From Octopus bimaculoides (lineage: Eukaryota): a stretch of DNA of 64,000 nt. The stretch spans positions 8,055,087 to 8,119,086 of the forward strand of contig NC_069000.1 of NCBI RefSeq assembly GCF_001194135.2, given 5' to 3'. Positions 1 to 12,097 of the stretch are shown here, one piece after another. Position numbers and translations under genes: made by a program. How positions within the stretch are numbered: position 1 is the first letter of the stretch; every line of letters starts with the position of its first letter. The notes under the pieces were generated by a model. It was given only the letters and a program-made list of their open reading frames with translations. It did no database searches and was not told the origin of the DNA.

Positions 1-485
1 TTACAGAAGTGGTGGTGGTTACAGAAATGGTGGTATGCATGTATATGTAGTAGTAGCAATAGTGGGGATTATTGTTTTGGTGGTAGTGGGTGGTGATGGT
101 GAGGTCGTGGTAGTGTTGGTGTTGGCAGGGGCTATGCTTGAATTATCTGATGTCTGTACAGGACGTGTATTAAAAGATTTCAAAAAAATGCCGAAAGATA
201 ATTTTTCTTTGAAATCCTGGAGAGAAAGAACGATATATGTCTCTAAAGAATGGTAATATTCAATAGAAGATGTTCCTTATTTTACAGTCTGCAGTCTCCT
301 GTTTAATCCATTGCTGGATTAACTCACTGACTTCTTCACTATTAACTGCTGTTGGGACCTATCTTTCATCATCCAGCTCCACCAACACACTCTGTTCTCT
401 GTTCTATAAATTGCCAATTGACTTATTATTATTGTTATCATCATCATCATCATCACCACCATCATTATTATTATTATTATATAAA

Positions 486-697
486 AGGCAGTGAGTTGGC
501 AGAATCGTTAGCATGCTGGGCAAAATGCTTTGTGATATTTTGTCTGTCTTCACATTCTGAGTTCAAATTCTGCCAAGGTTGACTTTGCCTTTCATCCTTT
601 CGGGGCCGATTAAATAAGTACCAGTTATACACTGGGATCAGAGTAATTGATTTAATCCCTTCTCTCAAATTTGAGGCCTTGTCCTTCCAGTAGAAAG
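486..697 (+). mobile_element. SINE family A
   Basis: GAGYTGGCAGAATCGTTAGCA...GAGTTCAAATTC.GCC.AGGT.GACTTTGCCTTTCATCCTTTCGGGG..GAT.AA.TAAGTACCAGTT...AGTAGAAA plus (ATT)n tail; more than 15 copies in the window. Confidence 0.9.
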
Positions 698-745
698 GCT
701 TATTATTATTATTATTATTATTATTATCATTATTATTATATAAAA

Positions 746-958
746 GGTAGCGAGGTGAGAGAATTGCTAGTGTGCCTGGTCAAATGCTTAGTGGTATTTC
801 ATCTGCCGTTACGTTCTCAGTTCAAATTCCGCCCAGGTCAACTTTGCCTTTTATCCTTTTGGGATTGATAAATTAAGTATCAGTTGAGTACTGGAGTCAA
901 TGTAATCGACATAACCCGTCCCCACAAATTTCAGGCCTTATGCCTATAGTAGAAAAGA
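746..958 (+). mobile_element. SINE family A
   Basis: Same consensus; tandem with 486-697. Confidence 0.9.
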
Positions 959-1303
959 TCATTATTATCATTATTGCCTCTGCACAGCTTCTAACGCTGG
1001 AGATGTACTACAGTGTCAGCTGTTCACTACCAGTGAACTAAGGTAACACCTCCTATTTTTCGAGCACCTTCCAGAGTATTCGAGCAGTTCCAAGCAGTAC
1101 TGTTTTCTTGTGTTGTTTTCTGTAAGTGATTATTATTATTGTTGTTGTTGTTGTTGTTGTTGTTGCTGCTGCTGCTGCTGCTGTTGTTGTTGTTTAAAAT
1201 AACATAAGGTTGTGAGCTGGCAGAACTGTTAGCATGCCAGACGAAAGGCTTTGTAACGTTTCACCCAGCTTTACATTGTAAGTTCAAACATTTCTTGCTA
1301 ACA

Positions 1304-1518
1304 TTTCTTTTCTACTCTAGGTACAAGGTCCAAATTTTTGGGGGAAGGGGGCCAGTCGATTAAATCGACCCAGTATGTAACTGGTGCTTAATTTGTCAAC
1401 TCCAAAAGGATGAAAGGCAAAGTCGACCTCGATGGAATTTGAACTCAGAATGTAAAGACAGACAAAATACTGCTAAGCATTTCGCCCAGCGTGCTAACGT
1501 TTCTGCCAGCTCACCGCC
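1304..1518 (-). mobile_element. SINE family A
   Basis: Reverse complement of the family A consensus. Confidence 0.9.
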
Positions 1519-1885
1519 CTCCTTGTCATGAGGAAATGGAGAGAAATCACCATTAATTTATGATTGTTATTTTAAATGCTTGCAAGAATTCAATATTTAC
1601 ATGATTTGGATGGGCTTGTCGTTTGTCTTTTACTTGTTTCAGTCATTAGACTGTGGCCATGCTGGGGCACCACCTTGATGAATTCTTTGATCGAATGAAT
1701 TGACCCCAGTACTTATTAATGTTTTTTGCTACTTATTCTATTAGTCTCTTTTCTCTGAACTGCTAAGTTATGGTGGCTTAAACACACTAACAGCAGCTGT
1801 CAGTTGGTGGTGGAGCAGAAACTCATATACAAAGTCACAAACTCATGCCAAAGCAGATGACTGGAGCCTGGTGCATATATATATA

Positions 1886-1929
<44 letters not shown>

Positions 1930-1933
<4 letters not shown>

Positions 1934-2252
1934 CACGTAAAATGTGCCACCCGAATGTGGTTGATGCCAGTACCCCCTGACTGGCTCCTGTGCTGGTGGC
2001 ACATAAAAAGCACCATCCAAATGTGACTGATGCCAGGGCTGCCTGACTGGCTCCTGTGCCAGTGACATGTAAAAAAACACCCACTACACTCTTGGAGTGG
2101 TTGGCGTTAGGAAGAGCATCCAACTTTAAAAACATTGCCAGAACAGATTGAAGCCTGGTGCAGCCGCTGGCTCTCCAGACTTCAGTCAAACCATCCAAAT
2201 CATACTACCATGGAAATCGGACATTAAATGATGATGATGATGATGATGATGA
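1930..2252 (+). mobile_element. SINE family C
   Basis: Same consensus and (GAT)n tail. Confidence 0.85.
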
Positions 2253-2608
2253 TATGTATATACATATGCATATTAGATTGTTAAGTCTGGTCTTATTTGA
2301 ACTCAGAACCACAAGATACCAGACCCACAAATTATATATGATATCACCAAATCCTTCGACTAACTAGAAATTCTATTTGAATTCACATTTCAAGTAATTT
2401 TTATCATTTTACTTCTTATCAATGTTCAGTTTTTACATTGTGGCTTGAAGACGAGAGAGGGAAGGACAGTGGTGCCTTGTTGTCCTCTCTTCCACCTTCT
2501 ACTTTTCCCCCTTCTTCATTTTCTTCTCAATTAAATCAATAATTGACCAATTACAGTAATTACAGAAAAATATTTAATTAATTTATTCCTATGGCATTTT
2601 TTCTACAT

Positions 2609-2659
<51 letters not shown>

Positions 2660-3283
2660 CACCAAAACCACCACCACCACCACCACCACCACCACCACCA
2701 CCACTGTAATAATTATTATCTTCCTCATTCATCGCACTGGTTGCAAATAAAAAAAAAAATCATCATTATTATTGTTGCTGTTGCTGTTGACATTGTCATC
2801 ATCATCCCCAGCATCCTCATCATTATTAGTATCATTGACATTACTCTTGTTATTATTAGCAGCTGTAGTGGTAATAGTATTAGTGTCCTCCCTGTTATCC
2901 CATCACCCCCACCTTCCTGCACCCACGGCAACACTCTGTTATTTTAACAATATGGCTGTTGTCTGTTTTTAGGGTTTTTATAGTTTTTAACAAACGATCA
3001 TTTCTGCTTTGATGGTTTTATGCGAGAATTATTGAATCATTGATGCTGATTCACTCCATCGCTATACAAAGTTTCTTGTGACATGTCATCCTTTATGCAT
3101 CCCCTGCCACAATATTTCATCCTTTTGTCTTGCTTGTATGCACATATATGTATGGATATATACATATATATATATGTATGCATATTTGTCTGTATATATA
3201 TACACATGCATATAAATATGTTTGTATGTATGTATGTATGTATGTATGTATGTATCTATCTATCTATCTATTTATCTATCTAA

Positions 3284-3378
<95 letters not shown>

Positions 3379-3439
3379 CACACATATACATGTATATATA
3401 TATAAATAGATACACACATATACATGTATATATATGTGT

Positions 3440-3655
3440 GATTTTTTTTATTGCCCACAAGGGGCCAACACAGAGGGGAACATGTATATATGTGTATATA
3501 TTACACACACACACACACGTGCACAAACACACACACGCACACACCTGCACAGGCTATAGTAAAAGACATTTGCCCAAGGTGCCATGCAGTGGGACTGAAC
3601 CTGGAACCAAGCAGTTGGGAAGCAAGCTACTACCTACCACACATCCATGCCTGTG
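3440..3655 (-). mobile_element. SINE family B 5-prime half
   Basis: GGCTATAGTAAAAGACATTTGCCCAAGGTGCCATGCAGTGGGACTGAACC; similar halves at about 17030-17170(-), 21410-21570(-), 29100-29262(-), 38200-38340(+), 41110-41205(-), 51383-51460(+). Confidence 0.85.
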
Positions 3656-4012
3656 CCTATATATATATACATAAGTATGTATGTTTGTATGTATGTATGT
3701 ATGCGTGTTTTGAATTTATGTTTGTTCACCACAACCACCACTTGATAACTAGTGTTGGTTCATTTACATCCCTCTAATCTAGCAGTTTAGCTATAAGAGA
3801 CTGGTAGAATAAGTGCCAGGCTTTAAAACAAAGCAAAAATATGTAACGGGGCTGATTTGTTTAACTAAACCCTTCTACACTGTACTGTAGTCCTTTGATG
3901 TGAAATAAGAAATCGACAAACGATGTACTTATCTTCCCTAGAAACATGTCTTATACACACAAATATGGAGAGAGACGGAGAGGAAGGTAAAGTAGAAAAA
4001 CAATGTACTTAC

Positions 4013-4141
4013 GAAATCATGATGACAGTAAAATCCAAACAATTCCATGGGTCTCTGAGATAAGTGTATTTGTCAATAAAAAATCCCCTTGCAACTAACT
4101 TTATGGCCATTTCCATAGTGTAGATACCAAGGAATATATAC
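4013..4141 (-). CDS. Nav2: Internal exon (129 nt, phase 2 to 2) of the same sodium channel; DI S2-S3
   Basis: Acceptor ctctctacag|G and donor ATTTC|gtaagt. The GA left by the previous exon plus G makes Glu, then [42 protein letters not shown](S): classic S2 (E..F..IY..E...K..ARGF) and S3 (DPWNxLDF) motifs. Confidence 0.95.
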
Positions 4142-4344
4142 CTGTAGAGAGAAACAATACAGAGACAGTGAGAGAGTGAGAGAGAGAGGGAGGGAGAGAG
4201 AGAGAGGGAGGGAGAGAAAGAGAGGGAGGATGTAAATCCGAATAGTCAAGTAGTTGATGTCAGGCAGGGTCGTCACTCCCTGAAGTAGTGAAGAAAATTG
4301 CTACCCACTGCATACACACACATATATATGTATATAAATACACA

Positions 4345-4391
<47 letters not shown>

Positions 4392-4392
4392 G

Positions 4393-4904
4393 TGTGTATG
4401 AGAAAAAGAAAATGGAGAAATTGAGCTATAGACATCAATTTATTAGAACATATCTAATTCCAAATAAAAACAAACTCTTAGCACCTACAATTAATTCAAT
4501 TAGAGAAATTAAAATTACATTAAGGTTTCCTATTGAATATAGCTACTTGGACATTTCGCCAGGGGAAGAATTTGATAGAGAGATGCTACATTGCATTGTG
4601 TTGATAGATCCTTGATAGACTCAGATTGGATGCAAAAATGCACATATCTGAGTCCATCAAGGATCTATCAACACATTGGAATGTAGCGCCTCTCTATCAA
4701 ATTCTTTCCCTGTCGAAATGTCCAATTAGCTATATCCAATAGGTAACTTTAATTTAATTTAATTTAATCTAAATTTCTCAAATTGAATTAATTGGGCATG
4801 GAAACAATTGTAGGTGCTAAGAGTTTGTTTTTGTTTGGAATTAGTTATGTTCTAATAAATTGATGCCAATATCCCAATTTCTCTGTTTCCTTTTTCTCAA
4901 ACAT
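4393..4904. mobile_element. Fold-back/MITE-like long imperfect palindrome
   Basis: Arms of about 235-260 bp mirror each other around a ~19-nt loop (about 4627-4645), e.g. TTGATAGATCCTTGATAGACTCAGAT versus ATCTGAGTCCATCAAGGATCTATCAA. Confidence 0.9.
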
Positions 4905-5099
4905 AAACATTAATATACCCATATCCATCAATGCAAAGCTAACATCTTTGGTTTTTCACTGATACACTGGACAAAACCGGGGAACTTGGATGCTGACATC
5001 TCTTTAAAAGGATTTTATATCCTTGATTTAATTATATATACATATACTCAATGTTTTGTGTTCTATTTGTCATTTTAAGAATAAATATGCAAATATTTG

Positions 5100-5145
<46 letters not shown>

Positions 5146-5664
5146 GCATACAGATATATTGATGTATTGAAAATCACAGTAAACGCACAAAAGAAAATAA
5201 ATAAAGAAAACTTCAATGCCTAGAGATCAATGGAAAGAGTGAATTGTTACGACATTTTGGAAATTGTCCTTCTTTGGAAAAGGGTGTGGAGTGGAAAGAA
5301 TGAATAAAAAATAGAAGAATAAAATAATTCTCAAACAATATGAACAATCCGAGTGACAATGTCCACACGAAGGTGATTGACCTGGTGACTATTGACTATG
5401 CTTCTATAAATATGTGTGTGCATGTGTGTATTTGTGTGTGTGTTTGTATGTGTGCATGTGTGTATTGTGTATATATGATTAACACTAAAATATTCACTTT
5501 TCCAGAAGTATCTAATGCTATAAAATTTATAAAGTACTCAATTACAAAGACATTCAAAAAATATAATGATCCAGAAATTTATATACATACATACATTCGT
5601 ACATACATACATACATACATACATACATACATACATACATACATACTTATATATATATATTGGA

Positions 5665-5937
5665 CACTAAACTCGGCTTGCGAAGACCTGTTGGGGTAAG
5701 CGAAAACGAAATTGTGATGGCACCTGTGCCCAGCATCGCCTTCCTGGTACTTGTGTCGGTGGCACATAAAAGCACCTACTACACTCTCGGAGTGGTTGGC
5801 GTTAGGAAGGGGATCCAGCTGTAGAAACTCTGCCAAATAAGATTGGAGCCTGCTTCACCAGTCCTCAGTCAAATTGTCCAACCCATGCTAGCATGGAAAG
5901 CGGACGTTAATCGATGATGATGATGATGATGATGATA
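5665..5937 (+). mobile_element. SINE family C
   Basis: Same consensus and (GAT)n tail. Confidence 0.9.
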
Positions 5938-6088
5938 TGTATATATCAAATGAGGACAGTGGGTTAAAATGGGTTAAGAGTAAAAAAATTTAGAATGGAT
6001 GTATCTTCTTTCTGCAGTAAAAGGTTAAAGGCTTAATAAAACCAGATGGGAATTGTGTTGTTTATGTACATGTGAGGATGTAAAAATA

Positions 6089-6303
6089 TTCTTTTCTACT
6101 CTAGGCACAAGGCCTGAAATTTTTGGGGAGTGGGGCCAGTCGATTAGATTGACCCCAGCACACAAATGGTACTTGATTTATCGATCCTGAAAGGATGAAA
6201 GGCAAAGTCGACCTCGACGGAATTTGAACTCAGAGCGTAAAGACAAACGAAATACCGCTAAGCATTTCACTCAACATACTAATGTTTCAGCCAGCTTGCT
6301 GCG
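6089..6303 (-). mobile_element. SINE family A
   Basis: Reverse complement of the family A consensus. Confidence 0.9.
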
Positions 6304-7744
6304 TTGGGGATGTAGAAATTTTGCTAGCAAATAGCAATTTGTTCAACAAATAGAATAATTTTAGTTCATTGTAATTATGAGAAACTAAAATCATTTAAAT
6401 ATTATTATCACAAAAATAGAAATCCTGATAGCATTTACATATAATTCGAAATGCAAATATATAAGCACAGTCCTCATTTAATAATCATAAATATTTTAGG
6501 ATGATAATCTCCTGCAAAGTTCTTTTACTTCTATGTTTTCAAGCAATAATTACTTTAATGCTGTAATTATTCTGTGTAATTAAATTCTATTTAACATCAT
6601 GACCCAGGATGTAATAATCATATGAAAAAATTTGTCTTGGGGAATTGACAATATTTTACAAACATATTTCTTCTTTATTTTAATATTTAGCTTTTGTTTG
6701 TTTATTTTACTATATATATTTATATAAATTATATATGTGCGTGGATATTTATGCATATATGTGTCAGTGTGTACATGTGTGTGTGTGTGTGTGTGAGTGT
6801 GTGTGTGCATATATGTGTGTGTGTATAAATATATATATATGTGGGTATATATGTATATATATATATATAAATACATGTGTGAGTATATGTGCATATGTGT
6901 GTTTGTGTGCATACGTGTGTGTATGTGTGCATGCATGCATGTGTGCAAATGTGAGAGCCAATTCTGATGTTAATGAATTCATAAATATAGATTTTAGATT
7001 TTATTGTTTTATATTTCGTTTGTCTTTTATTTCATTTATCTTTTGTTTTTATTTGTAACCCCCTTACTGTGTGCGTGTGTTCATTCACACACACACACAC
7101 TTGTATGTATATATGTGTATATATATATATATATATNNNNNNNNNNNNNNNNNNNNNNNNNNNNNNNNNNNNNNNNNNNNNNNNNNNNNNNNNNNNNNNN
7201 NNNNNNNNNNNNNNNNNNNNNNNNNNNNNNNNNNNNNNNNNNNNNNNNNNNNNNNNNNNNNNNNNNNNNNNNNNNNNNNNNNNNNNNNNNNNNNNNNNNN
7301 NNNNNNNNNNNNNNNNNNNNNNNNNNNNNNNNNNNNNNNNNNNNNNNNNNNNNNNNNNNNNNNNNNNNNNNNNNNNNNNNNNNNNNNNNNNNNNNNNNNN
7401 NNNNNNNNNNNNNNNNNNNNNNNNNNNNNNNNNNNNNNNNNNNNNNNNNNNNNNNNNNNNNNNNNNNNNNNNNNATATATATATATACAAACATACACAC
7501 ACACACACACACACACATATATACATACATATACATACATTCTTTGATAACCTAATTTTCTGATAGATTTTCAGACAGATATGTTTCTGACGATTGATTT
7601 AATTTAAAATTTTGATCTTCTGAAGAGCGTGTCTATTATTGTTACTGCTACTGAAATGTATGTAAACGTTTGATGTATTCAATATATTTTCTATGTCTTA
7701 TTTAATCATCTGCAGTTATATACAGCCTGTGGATTATTACAGCC

Positions 7745-7990
7745 ATATATCGTCAACATCGTCATTGTTTAACATTCATTTGCCATGCTGGCATGGTATG
7801 GACAGTTTGACAGAAACTGGTCAGCCAGGGGGCTGTCCAGACTCCAACCGTCTGTTGTGGAATGGTTTCTATGGCTGGATGCCCTTCTTAATGTCAACCA
7901 CTTTACAGAGTGTGCTGAGTGCTTTTTATGTGCCACCAGTACAAGTGTGTTTATACAGCACTGGCTTGAGTGCATTGTATGTGACACTGA
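7745..7990 (-). mobile_element. SINE family C
   Basis: Reverse complement of consensus. Confidence 0.85.
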
Positions 7991-8024
7991 CACCTGTAAA
8001 AGACAAGCCTGAATTTATGGACGA

Positions 8025-8650
8025 GGACATGTACCAAGAGTGATAAAAACCAAACATCCAGTCAACATCATGGTGTTTGGAGTGAACACTAGTGATGGTG
8101 GCATTATGCCTACATTCATCTTCCCACACGGCTTCAAACTCAACACAGAGGCCTACATCAAGTGCCTGGAGGTGGTAGTGCTGCCCTGGATCAAGTGAGT
8201 GGCTGCTGGAAGAACCTATGTTTGGTAGTAGGACTCTGCACCATGCCACACAAGCAGGAGAACCAGTCATGGCTATCAGACAATTTCTGTGACCACATCA
8301 CCTCTAACATCTGGCCACCAAACTCCCCAGACTGCAACCCCCTTGATTATTATGTGTGGGGTACAATTGATCGAGAAACCAACAAAACTCCTTGTAAAAC
8401 CAAAGATGAACTGAAGGCAAGGTTTACAGCAGCATTTACCCACTTAAACAAGGAGACCGTCCAGAAGAGTTGCAGGAGATTCCAAAGTCATCTAGAGGCC
8501 ATGGTTGAAGCCAATGGTAAATTTATTGTATAAATCTACTCTTTAGTATTTCAAGATATTTTAATGTAATTTTGGTAAATATATCTGTTAAAATGAGATG
8601 TCAGTGTTGTTTTCATTTTTGCGTAATTTAGGCAACAATATATTCACCAC
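8025..8650 (+). mobile_element. Decayed IS630-Tc1-mariner transposase, DD37D (maT) type, C-terminal half
   Basis: Translates KTKHPVNIMVFGV..SDGGIMPTFIFPHGFKLNTEAYIKCLEVVVLPWIK*VAAGRTYVW**DSAPCHTSRR/QSWLSDNFCDHITSNIWPPNSPDCNPLDYYVWG...KDELKARF. Spacing between the 2nd and 3rd catalytic Asp is 37 aa after repairing a 1-nt frameshift; several stops. Confidence 0.88.
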
Positions 8651-8651
8651 A

Positions 8652-8702
<51 letters not shown>

Positions 8703-10227
8703 GTCTGATGATTGTGCTAGAATACTAGATGTGTTAAAAAACACTGTTTGGCTTGCTCTCAGCACATGAAATTAATAATAGCACATAAATACATATATTG
8801 TGCATATTAAATGATATTTGTCTCTCAGCAGATGGTGTACTTTTTTTGTTGATCTTACCATCATGGAACAGTACACTATACATACATACATATATATATA
8901 TATGTCATTTAATATACATAATATTCAAAGAAGAGCTACTAACAGTTTTATGTTGTGGAAACCTTTCAGATTTATATTAGTAGATAGATGGTTATATTGA
9001 TAGGTTGGTTGATTGATAGATAGATGGATAGATAGATAGATTGAGAAAACAGACTGACAGATAAATGGATAGAGAGAGTGACAAAGATAAACAGATAGTA
9101 AATAGATGGATAAGTTGGCAGATAGACATATAGATAGGTCAATAGATAAATAGATAGAAAGACAGACAGATAGACAAACAGATAGATAAATATGTTTCTT
9201 TATTGGCCACACAGGGTTATAGATAGATAGATAGGTAGGCAGATAGATAAGGTGGTCTGTAGACTTCTAGCTAGCTAGCTAGATAGATAGATAGATAGAC
9301 AGAAAAATTAGTTGATAGTCATATCAATAGGTTGGTTGTTAGATAGATAGATAGATAGATAGATAGATTGATAGATAAGTAGACAGATAGAAGTGTACAA
9401 CCCAATATTGAAATGAATTGATACAATGAAGTCCAAATATCTAAATATAGAAGCAAAATAAAGAAAAACATGTCCTATTCATGTCCTCCTCCCCACCATA
9501 TAGAACCTAGAAAACTAATGATTAATTGGTAGAAGCTTTATAATTAATTGACAGAATATATAAGATAAGGTCATAAGTACAAATGTCAAGGGTGAAATGA
9601 GCTGATGTTTGCTTTGATGGTTTTGTGGGGGAGGTAATAGGGAAGAGAGGAAAGAGAATATAGTTCTGTATTCTTTTATGATATAGGATATTACACACAC
9701 ATGAATGCATGCACATGTGCACACACACACACACACACACATACACACACACAATACTGATGCATGTAGTATATCGCACAGTATTGATATATACTTGGAT
9801 AACACCAGTGACATGGAAAGGGTAGGCTGGTACACATGGGCGACTGCTCTTCTTCCACAAACGACCTTGCCCAGACTTGTACCTCGGAGGGAAACTTCTT
9901 GGTACATCCCATGGTCATTCATGACCAAAGTGTGGGGGGGGGGCGATCTTTACCCTTTATATATATACATATATATATATAAAAGAAGTTTGAAAATTCC
10001 ACTATATAAAATAAATTTTAATTTTCTCAGATATTTTACATGTTTTAGTTCTTCTTGAAAAAATGAACCTTATCAAAAATACATATTTTTAAGAGTGTAA
10101 TAAAAGAAAAGTTCATAATTTTTTCTTACTAGTGTCAACAGAGTCCACGTGGAAGCATTTTATGTGTGGGAACATAATAGCTGTTTTGTGCATACATATA
10201 TATTCATTATGGAGACAATGACAAATG

Positions 10228-10482
10228 AACAAGACCTTCAGCGATATGCTGTGCTTGAGTAGAAGACCCATCAAGTCAAGTGGAATCGTAGTTGTGGCAG
10301 ATACTGGTGTCATGCAACTGACACCCATACCGGTGGTATGTAAAGGCACCTGTTACACTTTTGGAGTGGTTGGCGTTAGGAAGGGCATCCAATAGTAGAA
10401 ACCATGCCAAATCACACTGGAGTCTGGTGGATCCCCTCCCTCCACCAGCTTGCCAGCCCTGGTCAAACCGTCCAACCCATGT
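10228..10482 (+). mobile_element. SINE family C
   Basis: Same consensus, tail missing. Confidence 0.85.
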
Positions 10483-11310
10483 TTGGTAATCTTTATATGG
10501 TACCTCAATATGCTGGTTTACATTGTAGTTTGTATATGAGTTTAAATAAATGAAGGTGTATGGATGACATGAAGCAGGTATATACGAAGAACGGATTCAT
10601 ATATAACATACATGAGAGATAATTGAAGTTTTGAGTTAACACCTCTGAATGGACATTAATGAAAGATCAATATTTCCAAATTCTGTGAAGTCAGAAGGTA
10701 TTTGTGCCATGGTTATAATGTAAGACATTGGTGATAGCAGAACATTTTGGAATGAAAGCTGAGGAAGAAATAAGATAGTACTCTGCTTATAAACTGGGTA
10801 ATATCTTATTTCAAAAACAGATCTTGAGAATATTGTGGAGCTAGAGGAAGCGTCTATGTGGTAGTTTGATTTGCTTGAAATAGTAGCTAAATCACATACT
10901 ATCTTCTTAAAAAAGAAGGTAATGTTAAACAATGTAGTTCCACAAATAGAGATGTCATGATATAGAAAAATGGTTTCTATTCAATTGATTTGTTCAATCA
11001 GAACTGACCTTGGAATCAACATCTTAAATAAAGAGTAATCTCTTAAATATGGGGTCTATTGAAAGTTCCCTTTAACCAAGGAGGAATGGGAAGCACCTGT
11101 GACTTCATATTTTCAAGGTTTCCAAGACAGGTTAGTCGAAGACAGGTTGTCCTCATGGTTGATACTGGCCCAAATGCTTGTGACTGAGTGAACCCTGCTT
11201 AAGATACCCATGGACCAGATGTTTGTGGTATTAAACCAAGTGGTGGAATAAGTGTTCTGCCACCAAAGAATACAATACTCAAAATGTGAGACCAAATATT
11301 TTAAGATACC

Positions 11311-11459
11311 CATAGGCTTGGGAACAGAGGTGCAGAGGGTGTGCTTGCACCCCTTTAATTTTTTTTTTTTGTGGTGGGGTGGCCATTGAAAACACTTTGA
11401 ACATCCTGGGTCAGATCTGGGTTTGTACTCCTTAAAAAAATTTTGTCCCCATATTTATG
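11311..11459. mobile_element. Possible short MITE
   Basis: Imperfect terminal inverted repeat CATAGGCTTGGGAAC ... GTCCCCATATTTATG; single copy in the window. Confidence 0.3.
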
Positions 11460-11967
11460 AAAGTACCACAACTTGAAAAATTCAGTCAATCTACCTTTCT
11501 GGTTCTTTAATTGATTGTTGTAGAATTTGAACTCACAATGCAGAGATCTGGAGCAATTACTACAAGGTGTTTTGTCCTACATTCTAACGAGTCCATCATT
11601 CACTAATGAAGTGTGGTAATTAATAATCTTGCAGATATTGTTGTTTTTAATCATTGACTTTCTAAGCAGTCATGACTGTCATATTGTCTTACATTGTCAA
11701 ACAGGAAATAATTATTGATTATCTTTGACGTTTGATTAGTTCCTTGATGTGTCTGTCCTCTTTCCCATGTTGTTGTCATTGTTGTTGTTGTTGTTGTGTA
11801 GCTATAGGTCAGTTCCAGCTGAACCCACCTATGGCACACATTAGCTCAGTCTGAACATAAGATAATGATATCTCACCTACAGATCTAGTCTTTTTCATAC
11901 TGCTGACACTATAACAACATTTGGGTTTGTTGTGAGGCAGAGAAAATATTATTATTATTATTATTCA

Positions 11968-12040
11968 GGTCACTGCCTGGAATCAAACTTGGAATCTTGG
12001 GGTTAGTAGCCTGCGCTCTTAACCACTACGCCATATGACC
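11968..12040 (-). mobile_element. tRNA-derived SINE head (not a functional tRNA)
   Basis: Minus strand GGTCATATGGCGTAGTGGTTAAGAGCGCAGGCTACTAACCCCAAGATTCCAAGTTTGATTCCAGGCAGTGACC: A-box TGGCGTAGTGG, B-box GTTTGATTCC (1 mismatch), imperfect anticodon and acceptor stems, followed by (AAT)n. Confidence 0.7.
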
Positions 12041-12097
12041 TGAATAGTAATAATAATAATCATAATAATAATCATAATAATAATCATAATAATAATA

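Noticed and set aside
140-400. Coding-like minus-strand stretch (EEVSELIQQWIKQETADCKIRNIF)
   Set aside because: Interrupted by stops, with no recognisable family or splice signals; left unannotated.
1-4012. Next channel exon (DI S3-S4, LRTFRVLRALK)
   Set aside because: No such motif was found on the minus strand; it probably lies beyond the left edge of the window.
11968-12040. Functional tRNA gene
   Set aside because: The B-box is mutated, acceptor and anticodon stems pair poorly, and it runs into an (AAT)n tail; better explained as a SINE head. SINE B and D heads were rejected as tRNAs for the same reasons.
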